A stretch of DNA of 32,000 bases from Candidatus Thorarchaeota archaeon (GTDB taxonomy: Archaea > Asgardarchaeota > Thorarchaeia > Thorarchaeales > Thorarchaeaceae): contig SHMX01000003.1 in NCBI GenBank assembly GCA_008080745.1, forward strand, positions 1 to 32,000. Direction: 5' to 3'. Under the pieces are notes generated by a model, which saw only the letters and a list, made by a program, of their open reading frames with translations, was not told where the DNA came from and did not search any database. Below, one piece after another: positions 25,694 through 32,000 of this stretch (its first letter is position 1; each line of letters starts with the position of its first letter). Made by a program: the position numbers and the translations under genes.

Positions 25694-26824
25694 TCAACCT
25701 CCAATCATCAGTAACCCAGCTAATCCGGGCAGATACACAATAGCCAGCATGGCAAGTACGACATTGAGTATCGAAAGTGGCAGTAGATATTTCCAACAAT
25801 ATTCTACAATCTGATCAGGTCTCAATCTATAGAAAGAAGATGTGACCACGATATAAAGGAAGAACACTATCAAGAACTTGATAATGAAGTTCATAGCAGG
25901 GGGTAGGAACGGAAGTCCGTGAAAGCCTCCAAGGAATAATGCAACCATCATAGCACTGTAAAGCATCTGTTCTGCAAATTCAGCAAAATACGTCATGGTG
26001 AAATAGATTCCTGAGAATTCAGTTCGCCATCCAAAAATGATTTCTGAATCAGCCACAGGGGAATCAAAAGGAAAAGTACCTACAGATGCAATTGAGCTTA
26101 CCATAAATGTAGCTAAATTGATGGGTAACAACACAACAAACCAAACATTACTCTGGGCTTGAGCAATGCCCATCAAACTAAGAGAACCAGCCAGAAGTGT
26201 CGGACCAACTGAAGAGATAATCATTGGAATCTCTGCTGCGAACTGATTGTTGGCTGCTCTGAATCCACCTATTAGAGAATACTTGGAACCTGAAACCCAT
26301 CCTGCAAGAAGAGCAATCACTGGTACAGCAGTTAAGAATGCAAAAATCAGAACCAAGCTTACAGATAGATCAGCAATGAACCAAGAGGGAGACCAAGGTA
26401 TGAAAGCAAAGGGTAAGAGCACAATTACCAAGAGAAGGCATGGAAGAAATCTAAACATCCAGCGTTTTGCTTTATCAGGAATTATGGTCTCCTTTGAAAC
26501 TAGTTTAATCGCATCTGCGAAGAGTTGAAAACCACCATATTTGCCAATATGAGTAGGACCTCTCCGATCTTGTATTCTGCCCCACATCTTTCGTGTGAAC
26601 CAGACTGCAAAGATAATACCTAGCACTATGAATACCAAGCCTGGGAATATGATAGCTCTGAAGAGGAACCAGAAGTTTCCAACCACTGCTGCCCATACAA
26701 ACACAAAGATACCCCAGACGCCATTAAATATCCAGACTATGATTCCATGCAACCACATGATTATATCGTATAACCAAGTAGGTATTCCAGCCAACCATTG
26801 GAAGAAATCTATCTGCAACGTCAC
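25694..26824 (-). CDS. nuoH: Complex I-like subunit H with long N-terminal extension
   Basis: RKMWGRIQDRRGP, GGFQLFADAIKLVSKE, KYSLIGGFRA, PFD.P.A..E...G..TEFSG and R.RPDQ...CWK. GTG start with a GGAGG RBS. Confidence 0.92.
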   Translation of the reverse strand: MTLQIDFFQWLAGIPTWLYDIIMWLHGIIVWIFNGVWGIFVFVWAAVVGNFWFLFRAIIFPGLVFIVLGIIFAVWFTRKMWGRIQDRRGPTHIGKYGGFQLFADAIKLVSKETIIPDKAKRWMFRFLPCLLLVIVLLPFAFIPWSPSWFIADLSVSLVLIFAFLTAVPVIALLAGWVSGSKYSLIGGFRAANNQFAAEIPMIISSVGPTLLAGSLSLMGIAQAQSNVWFVVLLPINLATFMVSSIASVGTFPFDSPVADSEIIFGWRTEFSGIYFTMTYFAEFAEQMLYSAMMVALFLGGFHGLPFLPPAMNFIIKFLIVFFLYIVVTSSFYRLRPDQIVEYCWKYLLPLSILNVVLAMLAIVYLPGLAGLLMIGG

Positions 26825-26832
26825 GCTTCCTC

Positions 26833-27966
26833 CTATCTATCCCACCATCCAGGATATGGATCTAGACTGCCAAATATCACAATGAAATCAGCAAACTTGT
26901 TTCCGGGGACAAGATGCTTCAATGAATAATACGAGTTGAAACAAGGACCGCGTATCTTTGCACGATAAGGGGTCTGTGCTTTATCCATAGTTCTAAGATA
27001 GAGTGATGTGACTCCTCTTGTTCCCTCCACACGTCCATAAGCTTCTCCCTCAGGAAGTCGATTAACTTTGCCACGAGCTTTTCTTTCGTAAATTTCACCC
27101 TCGGGAACTTGGGGTAACAATTGACGAATTATATCTACTGAGGTCTCTATTTCTAAAAATCTCTGAACCATCCTGTCATAAGCATCACTCTCACCAGGAT
27201 GATCTTCATTGGTATAGGTGGGAACTTCCCAGTCAGCCATATCATAAGTGAGATTTTCATCTGGAGAATCCTTTCTGAGATCCATTGGAACACCACAGGC
27301 CCGGATATTTGGTCCACTGATTCCCCAACGCAATCCTTGGTTTGCATCAAATCGACCTATTCCTTTAGTTCGTACTTTGAATGTGGGACTTCTCAGTAGC
27401 ATATCACGAAACTTGGGCATCCGCTCTTCCAGACGTTGAATGGCTCTATCTAACTTGGACAGAAATTTATCTGTAAAATCGTACTTCACTCCCCCCGGAG
27501 TATTATAGGATACAGCATGTCTAGACCCAGTCAATTCTTCAAAAGCATCAAGGAAGAACTCTCTGTCAACCCAAGGCCAAAGTAGCATTGTAAATAATCC
27601 TAGTTCTGCTGCGAATTGCCCCCACCAGAACTGGAGACTATGAATTCGACTCGCTTCCATCATAATTGTTCGCATGATTTTAGCACGGTCTGGTACATCT
27701 ATTCCAGCAATTTTCTCAACTGCTGATACATACGGATATTCAGCAAGAAATGCCTCAAGCATGCAAAGCCGTTCCATTATTAGTGCGCCCTGCCGGAAAT
27801 CTCTAAACTCTAAACACTTCTCAGCAGATCGATGGAAATAACCAGCATTGGGATCACATTCCACTATGTAATCTCCTACTAGCGTGAGTTTTGCTGCCCA
27901 GCCATGCGCTGAAACGTGCTGAGGACCAAACCAGATTTCAGTTGCCTCTTCAAGAACGTCTTTCAC
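26833..27966 (-). CDS. nuoD: Complex I-like subunit D (49-kDa family; not a NiFe catalytic subunit)
   Basis: FGPQHVSAHG, GYFHRSAEK, EASRIHS, EELTGSR, GEAYGRVEGTRG and PYRAKIRGP. Both Ni-binding CxxC pairs are incomplete (RLCMLE; DPYPGWWDR). Confidence 0.9.
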   Translation of the reverse strand: MKDVLEEATEIWFGPQHVSAHGWAAKLTLVGDYIVECDPNAGYFHRSAEKCLEFRDFRQGALIMERLCMLEAFLAEYPYVSAVEKIAGIDVPDRAKIMRTIMMEASRIHSLQFWWGQFAAELGLFTMLLWPWVDREFFLDAFEELTGSRHAVSYNTPGGVKYDFTDKFLSKLDRAIQRLEERMPKFRDMLLRSPTFKVRTKGIGRFDANQGLRWGISGPNIRACGVPMDLRKDSPDENLTYDMADWEVPTYTNEDHPGESDAYDRMVQRFLEIETSVDIIRQLLPQVPEGEIYERKARGKVNRLPEGEAYGRVEGTRGVTSLYLRTMDKAQTPYRAKIRGPCFNSYYSLKHLVPGNKFADFIVIFGSLDPYPGWWDR

Positions 27967-28493
27967 TCGTCCTCACCTCCCTCTGAGGGTCCGGGACGTC
28001 GTTGAGTTAAGCCAGATTCATGGATTCTACTTCTATCAATCTCAAAACTTTTCCTCAAAGGGAATTCTCCCTTCAATTCATCTGGAAGTAGCAATAATCT
28101 TAGGTCTGGATGCCCGGAAAAATTAATTCCAAACATCTCATGAGTTTCTCTTTCATGCCATTCCATGCCGGGAAATATATCAGCTATAGTAGGGACTTCT
28201 GGAGAATCAGCTGGCAGCTTGAGAACTATCTTACAAAGAACTCTACTATTTCGAGACCAGAAATAATAGATAATTTCAAACCCATCTTCTTCAAAATCAA
28301 TACCTATTAGATTTTCAGGAAAGATATCCGAATACAGTCTATCTAGCATCTCAACAAGTTCTCTAAGCTGTTCCGGAGTAATACGAATTTGGACGGTTTC
28401 TTTTCCGATGGCTCGAGTTTTGATGGTATCATCTACCTGTTTCAATTCGTGAATCAGTAAGGCTCCAGATTTTCCTTGTTCTGAATCAGACAC
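27963..28493 (-). CDS. nuoC: Complex I-like subunit C (30-kDa family)
   Basis: PTIADIFPGMEWHERETHEMFGINFSGHPDLRLLLLP...FPLRKSF. Confidence 0.92.
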   Translation of the reverse strand: MSDSEQGKSGALLIHELKQVDDTIKTRAIGKETVQIRITPEQLRELVEMLDRLYSDIFPENLIGIDFEEDGFEIIYYFWSRNSRVLCKIVLKLPADSPEVPTIADIFPGMEWHERETHEMFGINFSGHPDLRLLLLPDELKGEFPLRKSFEIDRSRIHESGLTQRRPGPSEGGEDE

Positions 28494-28806
28494 CTGTAAT
28501 CTCCTCCTGTCTTACTGGTTGTCCAAGATCTACAGTTCCATATCTACGATGATACATTAGCATGAGGACCATTGCAAGAGCAGTATGTGCAGCTGCTATA
28601 GCTATGATAATGATAGTTAGACCTTGACCTGTGAAGGTGAAAGGAGAATTGTAGAGAGCAAGAGCTACCAATGCGATGGTCACTCCATTGCCAATTATTT
28701 CTGCCCCAATGAGTACTCTGATGAGATTTCTTTTCACCATCATCCCGTATACTCCAAGGCCAATTAGTATGAAAGCCAAGACCAAATACCACGAAAGTGG
28801 AATCAT
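28486..28806 (-). CDS. nuoK: Complex I-like subunit K
   Basis: Three TM helices, GLGVYG...KRNLIRVLIGAEII.NG...GQ...IAAA. Confidence 0.9.
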   Translation of the reverse strand: MIPLSWYLVLAFILIGLGVYGMMVKRNLIRVLIGAEIIGNGVTIALVALALYNSPFTFTGQGLTIIIIAIAAAHTALAMVLMLMYHRRYGTVDLGQPVRQEEITGV

Positions 28807-29414
28807 TGTTCTTCCTCCTGGGTTTCAGTATATGCTGGATGTGTTTCTGCCTCGATACCAAATTCACCTTTTATAGGTTCGAGACGTTCAGCCTTCTCCA
28901 TCTTCATAATCACAACGGCACCCACCAAAGCAGTGAGAATTATTAGCGCCGTCATTTGCACATATATTCCATGAGACCCCCATAGCCATTTAGCTAGCTC
29001 CTCTAGATTTTGGGAGAGATTGATATTTTCGCTAACAAAGCTTTCAGGCCATGGGAACAAGAGGGCTAAAATTCCAGAGAGAATCATCACAACTGATGTA
29101 ATCAGAACACCAATACGTTTTGCCCGGGATGTTGGAAATACTTCAAGAGTGCTATCCTGTGCACGTGGGAGCAATAACACACCAAAGATAATCAACGCAC
29201 TTATTCCACCAGTATAGACAGCAATTTGCATTCCAGCAATAAATGGTGCTTCTAGAAGCAGATAGAAGCCAGCGACAACAGAAGCCATCATGCCAAAGAA
29301 AAATGCTGCATAGACAATATCTTCGTGTTCTAAAGCAAGATATGCAAGTATTAGTACTAATCCAGCTAGCAGAATGAATTCAACCTGTTCAAAGAGGGTT
29401 TCAAAACCTTGCAT
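28803..29414 (-). CDS. nuoJ: Complex I-like subunit J
   Basis: IVYAAFFF...VAGFYLLLEAPFIAGMQIAVYTGGISALIIFGVLL, and C-terminal WLW...LTALVGAVVI. Confidence 0.9.
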   Translation of the reverse strand: MQGFETLFEQVEFILLAGLVLILAYLALEHEDIVYAAFFFGMMASVVAGFYLLLEAPFIAGMQIAVYTGGISALIIFGVLLLPRAQDSTLEVFPTSRAKRIGVLITSVVMILSGILALLFPWPESFVSENINLSQNLEELAKWLWGSHGIYVQMTALIILTALVGAVVIMKMEKAERLEPIKGEFGIEAETHPAYTETQEEEQ

Positions 29415-29417
29415 TCT

Positions 29418-29858
29418 CTAAGCCTCCTCATGTGCCGAAGATGATTTACTCGATGCCCTAGCCTTCTGATACAGTTCTACCGTTTCAGAACCTGAAAGGT
29501 ATGTTTCGGGAAGTCTTTTGATAACATACCATATTCCCACCATAAAAATTCCAGTGAAAAGAATGAATTGCCAGACAGTAATTTCTGTGAATCGCAGAGA
29601 AGATGATGATAGTAACCATAGAAATGCTCCTAGAACATCAACGACAAGAAAGAGTATCGTATAGGTCAAATAGTTATAAGGAAAGGAAACTCGTGCCGGG
29701 CCAATGGGTTCCTCACCACACTCGTAAGTAGAGGTCTTTTCTGAATTCTGAAGCACATGTGGTCGTAATACCCAAGATGCAAAGAGCATTACAATTACAA
29801 GGACAGCGGCAAGCATAGCCCAGATTAGAACTGGGATGAAGTCGATGAAGAGCCTCAT
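29418..29858 (-). CDS. nuoA: Complex I-like subunit A
   Basis: KTSTYECGEEPIG.A...Y..Y.ILFLVVDV. Preferred start is ATG 29858 (GGTGG RBS); the ORF track gives GTG 29876. Confidence 0.9.
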   Translation of the reverse strand: MRLFIDFIPVLIWAMLAAVLVIVMLFASWVLRPHVLQNSEKTSTYECGEEPIGPARVSFPYNYLTYTILFLVVDVLGAFLWLLSSSSLRFTEITVWQFILFTGIFMVGIWYVIKRLPETYLSGSETVELYQKARASSKSSSAHEEA

Positions 29859-29899
29859 TTTTTCCACCAAGTGCACACATTTCTCATATGACCAAGACT

Positions 29900-29970
29900 A
29901 ATCACCGCATTCGCTGTGATTGAAATCGTTCAGTCACTGAAGGAGCAAGTATCGTAGTCTATCATAAAAA
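29900..29970 (-). promoter_or_regulatory. Putative promoter/operator region of the complex I-like operon
   Basis: TATA-like TTTTTATG on the - strand (29963-29970), perfect palindrome TTCAGT-C-ACTGAA (29929-29941) and inverted repeat AATCAC-N10-GTGATT (29900-29921). Confidence 0.5.
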
Positions 29971-29989
29971 CGTTCTGTCTTTTTCATCT

Positions 29990-30005
29990 CGAAAGTCTTA
30001 TAGAG
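29990..30005 (+). promoter_or_regulatory. Archaeal BRE/TATA promoter for the 30044 gene
   Basis: CGAAAGTC-TTATAGAG about 40 nt upstream of ATG 30044, which has an AGGTG RBS. Confidence 0.55.
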
Positions 30006-30043
30006 AACGTTGTTAGAAACAATCATTAACGTAGGTGTCTATT

Positions 30044-30397
30044 ATGGAAAAAGATAGCCATGTTGGAGCATTTCATTACATCGCACTGATTCTAGGAATC
30101 CTTACTCTCACAATATATGCATGGTGGATTTTTTCTGTAGGTAGCTGGGTGCTTAATTTTATGGAAACCCTGTTTATTGCAGCTGGAATTTCCATGATCC
30201 CTATCACACTCCTGATAGGCAAGTCAGATACTCGGTCTGGTCGAGTACTATTCACCATAATCTCTGCTGCTCTTGGAGGTGTTCACGGTTATCTGGTCTT
30301 GGCTTTCTTTCCAACTACTGGTGCAATGATGTTTCTCCTTTTTGGTTTCGGACTTCTAATGACTGCAGCTTCTATAACATGGATACAAAAGGGATAA
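30044..30397 (+). CDS. Small four-TM membrane protein, unknown function
   Basis: Four hydrophobic segments separated by GKSDTRSGR-type loops, with its own promoter and RBS. The ORF track starts at GTG 30035. Confidence 0.8.
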   Translation: MEKDSHVGAFHYIALILGILTLTIYAWWIFSVGSWVLNFMETLFIAAGISMIPITLLIGKSDTRSGRVLFTIISAALGGVHGYLVLAFFPTTGAMMFLLFGFGLLMTAASITWIQKG

Positions 30398-30407
30398 GCT
30401 AAAAGTC

Positions 30408-31412
30408 CTAGCTATCATCTTCTAATGGTGAGAACTGCACTATTGCCCAAGTGATATCGGTTGAAATAACTGGAAGACCATCAATCCCAATATCAAAGAT
30501 CTCGCTTGAAACAGTTGGTTCTACCGACGAAACATCTTCAAACAGGATTTGAGTTTCAAGCAATGGTGAAGACATGGATAGTAATCGGTTCTTGAATCCG
30601 AATTCCATATTGTGTTCTATGAGAACATCTGCATTGGCATCTCCATTATCTGGAAAGAAAAATGTAAGAAAGTAAGCTACACCACCAAGACATCTTACCA
30701 ATTCATTGAGAAATTCTTCACTACTGGTTATATTGGTCAATCCCATATTGGTCGTAATGACCTCTACTGATTTTTCTTTGAAAGGCATCTTTCTAGCATC
30801 AAATGCAATAAGGCTTACTTTCTCATAGATACCGAAATGCTCCAATCTATCCTTATTTCTCTGAAGAATACTTGGACTGATATCACTCAAGATGACAGGA
30901 TTTTCCAATTCAGAGAATAATTCAGCGAATCCACCCATTCCAGATGCAATATCAATAATGACGCCTGTTTTATCAGAGAGTAATTTTTGTAGCTGTGTTT
31001 TCTTTTCTTGATATGCTTGAGTATAAGAACTAGTATATAGGTCCCTCACGGCTTCAGCTCTAATTTCTCTTGCAGTATCATAGTCTCCTCGCTCATCAAG
31101 AATCATTGAATGTAAGAGTTTGTCTGCGGGATTCAAATTATCCAAATCAGTTTGCATGAGTTTTCGTTCATATTCAGGATTGCTACGCAATGCCTTTGAT
31201 AGATTACTTTGCACAACTTTCCAAAAATCTTCATCATTTGATGCATCTAAAAGAAAAATAGCAATACCATTCTTTACAAAATAAGATTTATGACATGCGA
31301 TACAAGAAACCTCAGCATCAATAATCCGATGATCTGTTTCTTTTTGAATATCCCATGCTAAAGAATCATGACAGATAGGACAATAAAGCAAATTTTGAAT
31401 AGATTTTAGCAT
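30408..31412 (-). CDS. Class I SAM methyltransferase with N-terminal Trm112-like Zn-knuckle
   Basis: LLYCPICHDSL...CIACHKSYFVKNGIAIFL, motif I IIDIASGMG, LSDISP, and FDARKMPFKEKSV. Preferred start is ATG 31412; the ORF track gives 31502. Confidence 0.85.
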   Translation of the reverse strand: MLKSIQNLLYCPICHDSLAWDIQKETDHRIIDAEVSCIACHKSYFVKNGIAIFLLDASNDEDFWKVVQSNLSKALRSNPEYERKLMQTDLDNLNPADKLLHSMILDERGDYDTAREIRAEAVRDLYTSSYTQAYQEKKTQLQKLLSDKTGVIIDIASGMGGFAELFSELENPVILSDISPSILQRNKDRLEHFGIYEKVSLIAFDARKMPFKEKSVEVITTNMGLTNITSSEEFLNELVRCLGGVAYFLTFFFPDNGDANADVLIEHNMEFGFKNRLLSMSSPLLETQILFEDVSSVEPTVSSEIFDIGIDGLPVISTDITWAIVQFSPLEDDS

Positions 31413-31564
31413 GAATATCAAAGATTGAAGATATTCGAAATCTAAAATAGATTTACAACTAAGCAAAATAAAGAAAATAGCCCATTCTATTTTAGAAAAC
31501 AATTCAGTAATTCACTCGTAAAGATTAAGAGGGCTCGTTAATAATTCTAATTTGAGATTTGAGA

Positions 31565-31801
31565 ATGAATGCCTCCAAACTAATGGCTATATTAACTGGA
31601 ATACTCGGATGTGTAATTCTAGCGATTAGCGGCTGGCTAATACTCTTTGGAATTCAATGGGCAATATGGAATGCACCATTATCAGGTCATCCTCCAACTG
31701 ATATTGCATGGTTAGTCAATTCTGCAGTACCGCTAGGTTTTTTTCTCTTAGGACTAGGTTTTATGATGATACTATGGAGTAAACCATTAAGTGTGCAATA
31801 A
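31565..31801 (+). CDS. Small two-TM membrane protein
   Basis: Two hydrophobic segments around a W/P-rich loop (WAIWNAPLSGHPPTDIAW); ATG 31565. Confidence 0.65.
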   Translation: MNASKLMAILTGILGCVILAISGWLILFGIQWAIWNAPLSGHPPTDIAWLVNSAVPLGFFLLGLGFMMILWSKPLSVQ

Positions 31802-31929
31802 TCTCTGCAATCGGTTCTTATTTCATAAAAGAATGATATGATAGTGAAGAACCCAGATAGATAAAAAAGCAGAGGTGAATACTTTAAGATATTATTACCT
31901 CTAACAAAATTCCATCGAGAGAGTCATCT

Positions 31930-32000
31930 ATGAGTATGAGAGAAAAATTTCAGAAAGTCAGAAATGATAAGCTGTTCGATGAAATAAAAGAACATATGAT
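31930..32000 (+). CDS. 5' end of a gene truncated by the window edge (MSMREKFQKVRNDKLFDEIKEHM...)
   Basis: Open frame from ATG 31930 to the window end, with a TATA-like CTTTAAGA at 31882-31889. Confidence 0.45.
   Translation, partial: MSMREKFQKVRNDKLFDEIKEHM

Noticed and set aside
26833-27966. NuoD as the catalytic subunit of a group 4 membrane-bound hydrogenase
   Set aside because: Only one of the four Ni/Fe-ligating Cys is present.
626-28876. Short ORF-track entries of 60-107 aa overlapping or antisense to the main genes (e.g. 2026-2343, 7976-8299, 13673-13960, 22861-23151, 28544-28867)
   Set aside because: They lie within well-supported genes and have no motifs or RBS. They are typical shadow ORFs.
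1-32000. Selenoproteins (in-frame TGA) or a hidden Sec-containing nuoB
   Set aside because: All redox genes are complete with Cys ligands, the TGA stops fall at expected C-termini, and no intergenic gap in the operon is large enough.
1-32000. CRISPR array, IS/integrase, rRNA or tRNA
   Set aside because: No regularly spaced repeats, transposase motifs or cloverleaf/rRNA signatures were recognised by eye.

Overview
Gene-dense archaeal chromosomal window. The archaeal assignment rests on a Pyrococcus-type hydBGDA operon, a crenarchaeal-type single-OB SSB, 2-phosphoglycerate kinase, ADP-forming acyl-CoA synthetase and BRE/TATA-like promoters. An Asgard (Thorarchaeota-like) origin is plausible but is inference only. 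From left to right: a SAM methyltransferase; a complete group 3b [NiFe]-hydrogenase operon (beta-gamma-delta-alpha); ssb; a 2095-aa polytopic membrane protein with recurring 11-residue amphipathic repeats; a Zn-ribbon/CFI-box protein; pgk2; acyl-CoA synthetase alpha; a VIT1/CCC1-like protein; a small membrane protein; a 15-16-repeat ankyrin protein; an 11-gene complex I-like operon; and small membrane proteins plus a Trm112-like/methyltransferase fusion. The most unusual system is the complex I-like operon (order A-J-K-C-D-H-I-M'-L-M-N). It has no nuoB and no EFG/FpoF input gene, carries four antiporter-like subunits and a duplicated segment in the NuoL lateral helix. Its NuoD lacks both the NiFe ligands and the quinone-binding Tyr, several charged coupling residues are substituted, and NuoH has a Trp-ladder extension. 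No rRNA, tRNA, CRISPR array or mobile element was recognised. Residue equivalences come from manual alignment against remembered reference motifs, and no database search was run.
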